From Actinomycetota bacterium (lineage in GTDB: Bacteria; Actinomycetota; Thermoleophilia; Miltoncostaeales; Miltoncostaeaceae), in assembly GCA_005788075.1 (NCBI GenBank), contig SXZC01000112.1, forward strand, positions 1 through 34,035: a stretch of DNA of 34,035 bases, in the 5' to 3' direction. Each line of letters begins with the position of its first letter. Position 1 is the stretch's first letter. The notes beneath the pieces were generated by a model. The model was not told the origin of the DNA. It did no database searches and was given only the letters and a program-made list of their open reading frames with translations. The translations under genes and the position numbers were made by a program. Positions 1-8,939 of this stretch are shown here, piece after piece.

Positions 1-651
1 GCGGCGCCAGGTGGTCTCGAGGAGGTCCGGCACGTTGTCCCAGGGGTCGTGACCCGTGAGGTCGCGCAGGGCGCGGTGGCGACGGCGCTTCACCGACCGG
101 GCGATGCCGCGCGGCGTGCGCCGCCGGATGCGGTCGATGTCGTGGGTGAGGAACACCGACCACGAGTCGGGGGCCGGCATGCCCAGCGCCTCGCGCAGTG
201 CCGCCAGGTAGCCCTCCACCGCGGGGTCCTCGATGTCGAGGCCGGCGATGCGCGCGAAGGCGCTGCTGTCGAAGGGCAGCCTGCCGAAGCGGTCGCGCTC
301 CGCCACGCGGTACTCGTCCCACCGGGCGAGCAGGTAGAAGGCGCTGGCCACGATGTCGCCGGGCACCACGCCGCCCTCCGCCGCGGGCGGGAACAGAAGG
401 GTGAGCCCAGCGGCCCGGTGCACCGCCACGCCGGGGAAGGCCTCCTGCCCCTCGAAGAACTCCTGTGCCTCGGGCTGGGCGGGGATCCACAGGCCCGACG
501 CCGGGGCGCTGGGCGCGTACACCAGGTCGGCGTCCGCGAGGGTGAACTCCGCGGTGCGCCCGAGGCCCTCGGCCAGGGTGCGCAGCACCCACTCGGCCCG
601 CGGGCGGAACTGCTCGCGGCAGCCCTCGATGCGGATGCGCAGCGCGCTCAT
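1..651 (-). CDS. polysaccharide deacetylase-like protein (DUF7033-type N-terminus); the 3' end lies beyond the window start
   Basis: Not in the ORF track because it has no stop in the window. My own translation of the minus strand from ATG 651-649 gives MSALRIRIEGCREQF...GDIVASAFYLLARWDEYRVAERDRFGRLPFDSSAF...SVFLTHDIDRIRRR. There is no stop down to base 1, and third positions are G/C. Its ATG overlaps the stop of the upstream ATP-grasp gene (tcat, 648-651). The LTHDID motif and the FYLLxRWxEY...DRxGR segment resemble deacetylase-family proteins found in polysaccharide loci. Confidence 0.5.
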   Translation of the reverse strand, partial: MSALRIRIEGCREQFRPRAEWVLRTLAEGLGRTAEFTLADADLVYAPSAPASGLWIPAQPEAQEFFEGQEAFPGVAVHRAAGLTLLFPPAAEGGVVPGDIVASAFYLLARWDEYRVAERDRFGRLPFDSSAFARIAGLDIEDPAVEGYLAALREALGMPAPDSWSVFLTHDIDRIRRRTPRGIARSVKRRRHRALRDLTGHDPWDNVPDLLETTWRR

Positions 652-1817
652 GAGGCCTTCCTCCTGATGATGCGGCCCACCTGGCCGAGGCCGGGCCCCG
701 GGTCGCTCACCGACAGCACGCCGTCCACCACGGGCGGGCGCAGGCTGCGCGTGGCGGCGCCGCGGCCCCACCGACCCCGGCGCACCTCGCCGGCGCTCGC
801 GGGCAGGTGCTTGGCCGACAGCACCCAGCGGATGTCGCTGCGGTGCCCCTCGGGCCACGTGCAGGGACGCCCGATGGCGTCGAGGTACGCGGCGAGCGGG
901 ATGTTCACGCCGGCCTCGGTGGCGAGGGAGATCCAGAGCCACGAGCGCGGGTTGACCTCGATGAGGTAGTCGCGGCCGTCGCGCGGGTCGCGCTTCACCT
1001 CGACCTGCGAGATGCCGTGGAAGCCGATCTCGTCGAGCAGCGCATGGCAGCGCCGTGCCAGGCCGGGGTCCCACCACGCCTCGGCCGCGCGCGCGGTGCC
1101 GAACCCCGGGGGCCACTGGCGCAGCTTGCGGCCGGTGAACGACGCCAGCGGGCGCCCCTCGGCGTCGCGGTACGAGCCGAGGGTCCAGAGCCGGTCGTCG
1201 CCCCCGGGGATCACCTCGCACACCTGCGGCAGGTGCGCGGCCGAGCGGTGCCACTGCGCGCGCAGCTCCTCGGCGTCCGCCGCCTCGAGCACCTGGCGAC
1301 CGAACTCCCGCTTGAAGCCGGCCGGGTCGACGCGCGGCTTGAGGATGACCGGGAAGCGCATCTCGGGGATGGCCGCGGCCAGGTCGGCCTCGTCCGCGGG
1401 CTCCACGGTGACGGGCACCGGGAACCCGATGCGCCGCGCCGCCGCGTGCTGCGCGGACTTGTCGAGGTAGGGCTGCAGGTGCGACCACGGCGACCACGGC
1501 ATGTCGAACCACTCGGCCAGCCGCTGCTCGTGCGGACCGATGGCCTCGACGGCCTCGTCGTGGGTGGGGAACAGCACGCCGCGCATGCCGAGCGTGCGCC
1601 CGAGCACCTCGAGCTCGTCCACGAAGCCCGACGGGTCGTCCACGGGGTCGGGCAGCACCACCTTGCGCGCGTGGCGGGAGCGCAGGCCCATGGCCCCCGG
1701 GTCGCGGTCGGTGGCCATCACCGGCACGCCCTCGGCGGCGAGGGAGCGGATGATGCCGAGCGCGTTCGGGCCGGATGCCTGGAGCACCACGGCGACCGCG
1801 TCGCCGTGGCCGGTCAT
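648..1817 (-). CDS. ATP-grasp domain carboxylate-amine ligase
   Basis: This is the C-terminal 389 codons of ORF 648..2177, starting at MTGHGDAVAVVLQASGPNALGIIRSLAAEGVPV (ATG 1817-1815). The earlier part of that ORF is an Arg/Gly-rich shadow. The pre-ATP-grasp and ATP-grasp layout is typical (FPVILKPR..., ISQVEVKRD..., YLIEVNPRSW). The start overlaps the stop of the upstream GT4 gene (ATGA, 1814-1817). Confidence 0.8.
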   Translation of the reverse strand: MTGHGDAVAVVLQASGPNALGIIRSLAAEGVPVMATDRDPGAMGLRSRHARKVVLPDPVDDPSGFVDELEVLGRTLGMRGVLFPTHDEAVEAIGPHEQRLAEWFDMPWSPWSHLQPYLDKSAQHAAARRIGFPVPVTVEPADEADLAAAIPEMRFPVILKPRVDPAGFKREFGRQVLEAADAEELRAQWHRSAAHLPQVCEVIPGGDDRLWTLGSYRDAEGRPLASFTGRKLRQWPPGFGTARAAEAWWDPGLARRCHALLDEIGFHGISQVEVKRDPRDGRDYLIEVNPRSWLWISLATEAGVNIPLAAYLDAIGRPCTWPEGHRSDIRWVLSAKHLPASAGEVRRGRWGRGAATRSLRPPVVDGVLSVSDPGPGLGQVGRIIRRKAS

Positions 1818-3010
1818 CCGGCGATCACCGCTTCGTAGACATCCTCCATGCGGGCTGCGTTGGCCGCCCAGGTGTAGTCGGCCTCCGAGCGGCGAAGCGC
1901 CTCGGCGCCCATCGCGGCGCGAAGCGGGGCATCGCCCAGCACGCGTGCCAGCGCATCGGCCAGCCCCTCGGCATCGTGCGGGCGCACCAGCAGGCCGGTG
2001 GCCGGGTCGTCCACGATCTCGGGGGTGCCGTCCACGGCGGTGGCCACCACCGGCAGCCCGCAGGCCATGGCCTCGCACACCACGGTGGGAAGGCCCTCCG
2101 ACAGCGAGGGCAGCACGAAGACATCCCCCGTGGCCATCACCCAGCCCACCTCGTCGTGCGGCACCTTGCCGAGCCACGTGATGCGGTCGGCGATGCCCAG
2201 CTCGGCGGCGCGCTGCTCGAGCGGCTCGCGCAGCCCGCCGATGCCGGCCATCACCAGCCTCGGCGCCCCGCCCTCGCGCGCGCTCAGCAGCCCCATGCTC
2301 TCGATGAGCGTATCCACGCCCTTGCGGGGCACGAGCTTGCCCACGTACGACACCACCGGGCCGTCATCGGGAAGCCCGAAGCGCCGGCGCGCCTCCGCGG
2401 CATCGCGCGGCAGGAACACCTCGGCGTCCGCCCCGTTGGGCACCACGGTGATGGGCCGCCGGGGGCGGGCGATGGCATCCGCCGCGTCGCCGATGGCGCG
2501 GCTCACGGTGACCACCGCATCGAGCTCCTGGATGGCCTCGGCCACGCGCATGCGCGACTGCCGGCCGGCTGCCGGGATGTCCAGCACGTCCGCCCTGTGG
2601 GCGGTTCCCACCGCGGGCACGCCGAGCTCGCGGCCCATGCGCGCGGCGGCCCAGCCGTCGGGAACCATCATGTGCGCATGGATGACGTCGAATGGCCACT
2701 CGTGGTGGATCCGCCGCACGGTGCGCCGGATGCCCGCGAGGAAGGCGTCGGCGTTGCGGTGTCCCAGTCGCGCGCCCGGCAGCGTGAGCTTGCGCGGGTA
2801 GTGCACCACCACGCCGTCCACGGTGTCCTCGGGCACCACGTCGCGGTAGGCCTTCCAGCGCCCGAGGCCGGGAGGCGCCCATCCCTTGGGCGACACCACG
2901 CGCACCTCGTGGCCCCGCGCGATGAGCGCCTTCACCTGCTCGTGCACGAAGATGCCGCCGGTCGGGTTGACCGGGCTGGGATACATGTGGCTGATCATGA
3001 GGATCCTCAT
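1814..3010 (-). CDS. GT4-family (GT-B) glycosyltransferase
   Basis: Real part of ORF 1814..4474, from MRILMISHMYPSPVNPTGGIFVHEQVKAL (ATG 3010-3008). The C-terminal domain carries the LPSLSEGLPTVVCEAMACGLPVVAT E-x7-E type motif. The ATGA overlaps the upstream gene's stop at 3007-3010. Confidence 0.9.
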   Translation of the reverse strand: MRILMISHMYPSPVNPTGGIFVHEQVKALIARGHEVRVVSPKGWAPPGLGRWKAYRDVVPEDTVDGVVVHYPRKLTLPGARLGHRNADAFLAGIRRTVRRIHHEWPFDVIHAHMMVPDGWAAARMGRELGVPAVGTAHRADVLDIPAAGRQSRMRVAEAIQELDAVVTVSRAIGDAADAIARPRRPITVVPNGADAEVFLPRDAAEARRRFGLPDDGPVVSYVGKLVPRKGVDTLIESMGLLSAREGGAPRLVMAGIGGLREPLEQRAAELGIADRITWLGKVPHDEVGWVMATGDVFVLPSLSEGLPTVVCEAMACGLPVVATAVDGTPEIVDDPATGLLVRPHDAEGLADALARVLGDAPLRAAMGAEALRRSEADYTWAANAARMEDVYEAVIAG

Positions 3011-4464
3011 GGGGCCATCCCGTCCGGGCCCACGCGGCGCGCGAGCACGATGGTGGTGAGGCAGAGCCCGAAGGTGATCCACATCGGGGCGAAGTGGATG
3101 GCGGTTGACGGGCCCAGGCTGCCGGTGATGAACCCGAGCAGCGCAAGCGATCCGGCGAGCCCCATGTAGCGCAGCCATGGGTCGTGGGTGCGCCGGGCGA
3201 TGCGCAGGTTGCCCACGAGCATGTACACGTAGAGCGCGAGGAAGAGCACGAGGCCGATGACCCCGGTGTCCACCAGCACCTCGAGGGTCCAGTTGTGCAG
3301 GTTGGCCACGCCCTCGTATCCCTGCTTCTCGCGCACGGCCACCTCGGCGTTGCCGGCGCCCACCCCGGCCCCGCCGCTCTGCGCCACCAGGTCCGCTCCC
3401 GTCCCGAGCAGCGACGTGCGCACGGCTCCCGATCCGGATCCGCTCTGCACCTGTGCCTGGAGCGTGCCGAAGTCGAGCTTGGCCACGGCCTGCTCGGGCA
3501 GCGGCACGATGCCCGCCCCGAAGAGTGACGGGATGATGAGCACCAGGGCCACGCCCACCACGGTGAGGGCCGCGATGAATGCTCGACGCATGGCGGGCTC
3601 CGTGGCCATCACCACGAGCATGCCGACGAGGATGATGCCGGTGGCGATGAGGTTGGCCTTCGAGCCGCTGAACAGGATGAGGGCGATCGCCACCACCGCG
3701 CCGGCCGCGCCGAGAAGCCGCAGCCGCACGTCGCGGGCGATGACCGGCAGCACCACGAGGTAGGGCAGCGTGAGGGCCAGGTAGGTGGCGAAGTTGTTCT
3801 GGTTGCCGAAGAACGACGTGGCCGCGAAGGCGCCCACGCGCTCGGCCAGCGCGCTGGTGGGCAGCCGCACGCCGGTGGCGATCTCGGCGAACGCCACGAG
3901 CACGGCGAGCACGAAGGTGACCCCCAGCGCCCCCAGGAACCACGCGAGCCGGCGCTTGGTGGATGCCGCCACCGGGATGGCCAGCATCAGGCCGGTCATC
4001 ATGAAGAGGAAGATGGTCCAGCGGATGGCGTCCGTGGACGAGATGGCCCAGAGGGTGGTGACCAGCGCCCAGCCCACCCAGGCGGCGGCGATGCCCACCG
4101 GCCGGCCGAGGCCGTCGGGCACCGGCAGCCCGCGGCCCATCACAAGCCACACGCCTATTCCGACGATGATCAGCCCCGCGACGAACCGGAAGGCGAAGGC
4201 CTCCTGGGCGCCCGGCACCGCGAGGTTGGGGCCGATGATGGCGGCCACCATGGCCACCAGCACCGCGATGCGTCCCAGCGCGGGCAGCGACGTGTTGCCG
4301 AGCAGCACGGCGCCCACGAGCACCACGGCCAGCACCACCCCGGGAATGGGCGCGAATACGGCGAGGGCGCCGGCGGCAAGCGCGGCGACGAGCACGAGGA
4401 TCCCGGCGCGCAGGCCGAGGCCCCCCGAGGCCCCGCTCGGCCGGGTGGCGGAACCAAGCGACAT
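3007..4464 (-). CDS. O-antigen ligase/polymerase family (Wzy_C-like) polytopic membrane protein
   Basis: ORF 3007..4485. It has more than 10 hydrophobic segments, and the loop motif NLHNWTLEVLVDTGVIG is of the HNxxLxxxxExG type seen in PF04932 proteins. ATG 4464 is preferred over GTG 4485 because the intervening TTG and CTA codons are atypical for this GC3. Confidence 0.8.
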   Translation of the reverse strand: MSLGSATRPSGASGGLGLRAGILVLVAALAAGALAVFAPIPGVVLAVVLVGAVLLGNTSLPALGRIAVLVAMVAAIIGPNLAVPGAQEAFAFRFVAGLIIVGIGVWLVMGRGLPVPDGLGRPVGIAAAWVGWALVTTLWAISSTDAIRWTIFLFMMTGLMLAIPVAASTKRRLAWFLGALGVTFVLAVLVAFAEIATGVRLPTSALAERVGAFAATSFFGNQNNFATYLALTLPYLVVLPVIARDVRLRLLGAAGAVVAIALILFSGSKANLIATGIILVGMLVVMATEPAMRRAFIAALTVVGVALVLIIPSLFGAGIVPLPEQAVAKLDFGTLQAQVQSGSGSGAVRTSLLGTGADLVAQSGGAGVGAGNAEVAVREKQGYEGVANLHNWTLEVLVDTGVIGLVLFLALYVYMLVGNLRIARRTHDPWLRYMGLAGSLALLGFITGSLGPSTAIHFAPMWITFGLCLTTIVLARRVGPDGMAP

Positions 4465-4509
4465 CTGGCCCCACGGTAGCAACACCCCGCCGTGACCCGT
4501 TTCAGGGGG

Positions 4510-5583
4510 TCACCTGCGGGCGGCGGTTGCCAGCACCTCCAGCACGCGATCGGTCTCGACGTCGAGCGAGTGGACGAGGGCCGCGTCGCGGCACGTCGTG
4601 GGGTCGGGCGGCGCGGAGATCATGCGGGCGAGGGCCGCCGCGATTGCCGCGTCGTCGCGCGGATCGACGATCACCCCCGCCACGCCATCGGGGACGACCT
4701 CCTTCAGGCCGCCCACCTCGGTGCCCACCACCGGCCGGCCGCTCGCCATGGCCTCGAGCGCCGCCACGCCCAGGGGCTCCACCAGGCTCACCAGCGCCGC
4801 CACGTCGCAGGCGGTCATCCAGTCGGTCACCGCGGAGTTGGGCACGAGCCCCGTGCGGACGATCACCTCGTCGAGGCCCATGGCCCGCGCCTGCGCGTCG
4901 ACGGCGTCTGCGAGCGGGCCGGATCCCACGAGCGCCAGGCGGGCATCGGGCACCTGCTCGCGCAGCAGGCCGAACGCCCGCATGAGGCCCAGCGGGTTCT
5001 TGCGCTCGCTGAGGCCGCCGACGGCCACCACCACCGGTGCGTCGGGCGGAAGGCCCAGCCGCGCGCGTGCCCCCGCGCGGTCGCCGATGGCGAAGCGCCG
5101 GGCATCCACCCCCATGCTCGCGATCTCCACCCGCTCGGGGCGCAGCCCCTCGGCATACATGCGCCCGGCGAGCCACTCGCTCACGGCGATCACCGCCGCC
5201 GCCGAGTGCGCCGGCGCGCTGCTCAGGCGGCGCACCGCCCCGTTGGAGAGGTTCGCGACGTCCCCGCCATGCGCGGTGACCACCCATGGGGTGCGGCCGA
5301 TGCGGCCCGCGATGGCCGCGATGAGGCCGGTGGGGAACAGGTAGTGGGCCCAGATCACGTCCGCCCGCCGGCTCGCCGCGATGGCCTTCGCCGTGAGCCC
5401 CGCGTACTTGAGCGGCGTGCGCAGCCGGCCCGACGACCGCGTGCGGATGACCACGCGGTCCACCTCCACCCCGCGCTGCTCCATGCACTCGCACATGCGC
5501 TCGATGAACGCGCCGTAGTCCGGCGCCCCGGGGCCCGGATACATGTTGGACAGGCACATCACGCGGAGCGGGCGGGCACTCAT
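4510..5583 (-). CDS. GT4-family (GT-B) glycosyltransferase
   Basis: Real part of ORF 4510..5829, from MSARPLRVMCLSNMYPGPGAPDYGAF (ATG 5583-5581). A GGAGGG Shine-Dalgarno sits 6 nt upstream. The C-terminal segment reads ALVSLVEPLGVAALEAMASGRPVVGT. Confidence 0.9.
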   Translation of the reverse strand: MSARPLRVMCLSNMYPGPGAPDYGAFIERMCECMEQRGVEVDRVVIRTRSSGRLRTPLKYAGLTAKAIAASRRADVIWAHYLFPTGLIAAIAGRIGRTPWVVTAHGGDVANLSNGAVRRLSSAPAHSAAAVIAVSEWLAGRMYAEGLRPERVEIASMGVDARRFAIGDRAGARARLGLPPDAPVVVAVGGLSERKNPLGLMRAFGLLREQVPDARLALVGSGPLADAVDAQARAMGLDEVIVRTGLVPNSAVTDWMTACDVAALVSLVEPLGVAALEAMASGRPVVGTEVGGLKEVVPDGVAGVIVDPRDDAAIAAALARMISAPPDPTTCRDAALVHSLDVETDRVLEVLATAARR

Positions 5584-5617
5584 GGGTGCCCTCCGCCGCG
5601 CACGCGTGCCGGGATGG

Positions 5618-7177
5618 TCATGTCCCCGTCGCCGGGCTCTGGCCGGCCCGGTCCCCGCCCGCGGTGGCGGCGCGCGCGGCGATGGCGGCCGATGCCACCA
5701 GGCCCGCCGCGAGCACCCACGTATAGGGATCCTCGAACATCGCCGAGTAGAGGAGCGCGTGCACGAAGATGCCCACCAGCGCCGCCAGCATGGTGGCCGA
5801 GGGCACGCCGACATCCTCGTCGCGATCACGCGTGGCGCGGATGCCGATGATCACGGCGATCACGCACAGCCACACGAAGAGCGCGAACCCGATGGCGCCC
5901 TCCTCGCTCAGGATCGTCACGGGCGCATTGTGCGAGATGACCACGCGCGTCTTCCGCAGCTCCTTCTCGGAGAGCAGGTTGGCGTAGTCGGTGGCGAACG
6001 ACCCCAGGCCGCCACCGGCCACGGGATGCTCCTGGAAGATGTCCACGCCGCCGCCCACGAGATCGAAGCGGCCCTCGCTCACCTTGTCGAGGCGCTCGGT
6101 CGACGTGAGCGCCGCCCGCACCTGGCTCGACGAGGCGATGGCCACCGCGCTGCCGGCCACCGCCATGATCACCGCCACCAGCACGGTGCGGCGCCAGCCG
6201 AACATGCGCAGCGCCATGATGAGCAGGCCCACCATGAGCATGAGCGCGCTGCTCCGCGAGAAGGTGACGATGAGGGCGCCCGAGTAGATGGCGGCCACGG
6301 CCCCGCAGGCCACGAGGGTGCGCGTGCTGTCGCGCTTCATCCACGCCACGGCCACCGTGATGAGCAGCGCGAGGGCGAGGTACCGGCCCAGGATGTTGGG
6401 GTCGTAGAAGATCGAGTTGACGCGGAAGAACCGGCTGTAGACGTTCGACTGCATGAGCCGGTGGTTCCAGAGGATGTCCCCCGTGGCGTACTGGCCAAGG
6501 GCGAGCACCGCCACCGGCACCGCCATGGCCATCGTGGTGATGGCCAGCGTGACCAGCGCCTTCCCCTCGCGCCAGATCGCCACCACGATGAGGTAGAGCA
6601 GCACGAAGGGGATCCAGAAGAAGGTGGCCTTCACAGCACCCTCGGGCACGTCCGACGACCAGATGAGCGACACCAGGGTGAAGCCCACGAAGAGCATCAG
6701 TGGCAGGTCGAGCATCGAGGACGGCCACACGCGCTCGCGGGTGCCCTGGCGCTCCATCCACCAGAGCACGGCGAGCCCGAGCACGATCACCGCGTAGAGC
6801 GGCAGCAGCAGGTTGGCGCTCTCGCCTCCGAGGGTGATGGGGATGCGCACCGGCAGGGCGAGCCCGAGCAGCAGGAACCACACCCATGGGCGCTTGGCCA
6901 CGAGCCAGCCGAGGGTCATGAGCGCGGCGAGCGCCACGAGCACGCCGACGATGCCGCCCACGAGGCCAACGGGCGTGGAGAGGCGGTCGGACACGCCGTC
7001 GGGCACGAGCGTGCCGGCCATCACCACCCACCCGATGAGCAGCACGGCGAGCCCGGCGAGGCGGCGGCTCCTGTCGGGCAGGCGCACCGCCGCGGCCAGG
7101 GGCGTGGGCGTGAGCATCAGCACCAGGCCGATCGCGGCGATGATGGCCGCGGCGTAGCGGATGGCCTCGGTGCTCAT
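5618..7177 (-). CDS. O-antigen ligase/polymerase family (Wzy_C-like) polytopic membrane protein, second copy
   Basis: ORF 5618..7177. It has many TM segments and the motif ISHNAPVTILSEEGAIGFAL (HNxxxxxLxExG). Its ATG overlaps the upstream stop (ATGA, 7174-7177). Confidence 0.8.
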   Translation of the reverse strand: MSTEAIRYAAAIIAAIGLVLMLTPTPLAAAVRLPDRSRRLAGLAVLLIGWVVMAGTLVPDGVSDRLSTPVGLVGGIVGVLVALAALMTLGWLVAKRPWVWFLLLGLALPVRIPITLGGESANLLLPLYAVIVLGLAVLWWMERQGTRERVWPSSMLDLPLMLFVGFTLVSLIWSSDVPEGAVKATFFWIPFVLLYLIVVAIWREGKALVTLAITTMAMAVPVAVLALGQYATGDILWNHRLMQSNVYSRFFRVNSIFYDPNILGRYLALALLITVAVAWMKRDSTRTLVACGAVAAIYSGALIVTFSRSSALMLMVGLLIMALRMFGWRRTVLVAVIMAVAGSAVAIASSSQVRAALTSTERLDKVSEGRFDLVGGGVDIFQEHPVAGGGLGSFATDYANLLSEKELRKTRVVISHNAPVTILSEEGAIGFALFVWLCVIAVIIGIRATRDRDEDVGVPSATMLAALVGIFVHALLYSAMFEDPYTWVLAAGLVASAAIAARAATAGGDRAGQSPATGT

Positions 7178-8166
7178 CCCTGCGCCCTGAAGCCGATGAG
7201 GGCCTGGTGGGAGTCGTCGGTGGCCGCGAGCAGCCAGAGGCTCCCCGGGGCCACGCCCTCGGGGAGCGTGATGCGCGCGGTGGACGCCGGCCCGGTGACT
7301 GCCTCGCCCACCTGGTCGCCCAGCACCTGCACGCCGGCGCGGTCGCCGGGGGTGCCGAGGCGCTGGCGCAGAGTGAGCGTCACCTCGGGATCATCCTGCC
7401 CGGCCACCACCACGCCCACCTGGCCACCCGCTGCTGGCCGGCCGGGCACGGCCCGGGCCGCCAGGTGCGATACCCAGCAGGTGCGCCCCACGGCGTCGAG
7501 GTTGCCCCGCTCGTCCTCCGAGACCACCCGGATCACCTGCAGGCCCGGGGGCACCAGCTGCCCGCCGCGATCACGCCCGTTCCACGTCCATGTGGTGCTG
7601 CCGCGCGGCCCGACGGAGCGGGGCTTCTCCTCCACCCCCGCGTTCGGCGCCGAGAAGGTGACCGTGGCGGCCTCGCCGGGGGCGCTCACCTCGGTCACGC
7701 AGGCCGCGGGCGTGGAGGTGACCGTCACCTCGGGCGAGGGCGCGGTGGTGTCCACCACCACCTTGCGGCTCTTCGAGAACTTCTTCTCGCCGGCGCGCGC
7801 CTCGAGGTCGATCGCGTAGGTGCCGTCGGGCACGCGCTTGCCATCGAGGTCGTTGCCGTCCCAGCGCACGGCGAGGGTCTTCGTGCGCACCACGTCGTCG
7901 CCATCGGCCAGCCGGGCGACGATCGTGCCCGTCTCCGGGTCCTTGATCGTGATCGAGACATTGCTGGGCTCGCTGAGGCGGATCGCCACGGTGCCCAGCG
8001 CGCGGCCCGCCTCGCTTCCGGGGCTGAAGGCGCGGGTGGCCACGAACCGCGTGATGATGGGCGGTGGCGTGGTGAACGCGAACGGCAGCACGAACACCGA
8101 GAACGCCACGAGCACCAGCGCCACGATGCCCCCCGCGATGATGCCGCGGCGCCCCCGGTCGGGCAT
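7174..8166 (-). CDS. N-terminally membrane-anchored protein with a FlgD Ig-like (FlgD_ig type) domain
   Basis: ORF 7174..8166. The N-terminal TM segment is GIIAGGIVALVLVAFSVFVLPFAF. The segment VSITIKDPETGTIVARLADGDDVVRTKTLAVRWDGNDLDGKRVPDGTYAIDLEA matches the usual FlgD-Ig pattern (I.D..G..V..L......WDG.D..G..V..G.Y). There is a 1-nt TGATG overlap with the methyltransferase stop at 8166. Confidence 0.65.
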   Translation of the reverse strand: MPDRGRRGIIAGGIVALVLVAFSVFVLPFAFTTPPPIITRFVATRAFSPGSEAGRALGTVAIRLSEPSNVSITIKDPETGTIVARLADGDDVVRTKTLAVRWDGNDLDGKRVPDGTYAIDLEARAGEKKFSKSRKVVVDTTAPSPEVTVTSTPAACVTEVSAPGEAATVTFSAPNAGVEEKPRSVGPRGSTTWTWNGRDRGGQLVPPGLQVIRVVSEDERGNLDAVGRTCWVSHLAARAVPGRPAAGGQVGVVVAGQDDPEVTLTLRQRLGTPGDRAGVQVLGDQVGEAVTGPASTARITLPEGVAPGSLWLLAATDDSHQALIGFRAQG

Positions 8167-8939
8167 CAGGGCAGCGGCCGGAAGCCCAGGACGATGTAGA
8201 AGCCGAACCGCCCGAGCGGGGTCCCTGACGCCCGCCGCTCGAGGTCGCGCACCCGGTCGTAGCGGTACACGCGTCCGATCTGCGATCCGACCTTGCCGCC
8301 CGGGCGGAAGAAGATGCCGCGCTTGCTCACGGGCACCATGCCCGCGGCGGCGGCGTGCGACTCCAGGTCAACCCAGGTCTGCCAGTTGTCGATGGGGGCG
8401 AGGCTCAGGTGAATGCCCGGCACGCCGCGCTCGGCGAGCCACCGCCGGGCGCCGGGGAGGCTGCGCCGGTTCGGGGTGGAGATCACGAGCAGCGCGCCGG
8501 GTGCCATCTGCTCCCGAAGCGCGCGCAGGCACCCGCGAGGGTCCTCGAGGTGCTCGAGCACATCGGTGAGGCACACGAGGTCGAAGGGCCCCTCGGGCGG
8601 CTCGTAGGCGCTGCCCACCTCGGCCCGCAGGTGGTCGGCCGCGCCAATGTCCGCGAGCCGCGTGTTGGCGATCTCCACCGACTCCGGAGAGAGGTCGATG
8701 CCGATGCCGGTGTAGCCGCGACGCGCCAGCTCCTCGAGCAGGAAGCCCCCGCCGCACCCGACGTCGAGCACGCGTCCGCCGGGCCCGGGCCCATAGCGGT
8801 CGATGGTGGCGAGCACGCACGACATGCGGCTCTGCAGGTGCCAGTTCTCCTGCTCCACGGCGCGCAGCCGCGGGGCGATGCGGTCGTAGTACGCGCGGAC
8901 ATCGTCCAGCTTGTCGTCGCTGCGGCCGTCTCCGGTCAT
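8166..8939 (-). CDS. class I SAM-dependent methyltransferase
   Basis: ORF 8166..8939. Motif I is VLDVGCGGGFLLEELARRG, and post-I is GIDLS. The ATGA overlaps the upstream glycoside hydrolase stop at 8936-8939. Confidence 0.85.
   Translation of the reverse strand: MTGDGRSDDKLDDVRAYYDRIAPRLRAVEQENWHLQSRMSCVLATIDRYGPGPGGRVLDVGCGGGFLLEELARRGYTGIGIDLSPESVEIANTRLADIGAADHLRAEVGSAYEPPEGPFDLVCLTDVLEHLEDPRGCLRALREQMAPGALLVISTPNRRSLPGARRWLAERGVPGIHLSLAPIDNWQTWVDLESHAAAAGMVPVSKRGIFFRPGGKVGSQIGRVYRYDRVRDLERRASGTPLGRFGFYIVLGFRPLP

Noticed and set aside
49-969. 306-aa plus-strand ORF (and nested ORFs 198..404 and 353..667) at the left edge
   Set aside because: The translation is Arg/Ala/Gly/Pro-rich and low in complexity. 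It lies antisense to two minus-strand genes with strong G/C third-position phasing and recognisable motifs (deacetylase-like and ATP-grasp). It is a typical high-GC shadow ORF.
1818-2177. N-terminal extensions of track ORFs (648..2177, 1814..4474, 4510..5829, 8936..10501, 15002..16723, 17696..19657, 21861..22556, 23781..25130, 28505..30448, 29770..31449)
   Set aside because: The extensions run through the upstream gene in another frame and are Arg/Gly-rich junk. Internal ATG or GTG starts that form ATGA, GTGA or TGATG overlaps with the upstream stop give proteins that begin at sensible signal peptides or domain starts.
5543-7819. Very long antisense or off-frame ORFs (for example 1775..3169, 5543..7819, 10672..12744, 14508..15893, 19112..20638, 20074..21918, 27690..28919, 28973..30463, 30292..31377)
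   Set aside because: All have His/Arg/Gly/Asp/Pro-dominated sequences with no domain motifs. All lie opposite or out of frame to genes with clear family signatures. Stop codons are simply rare in non-coding frames at this GC content.
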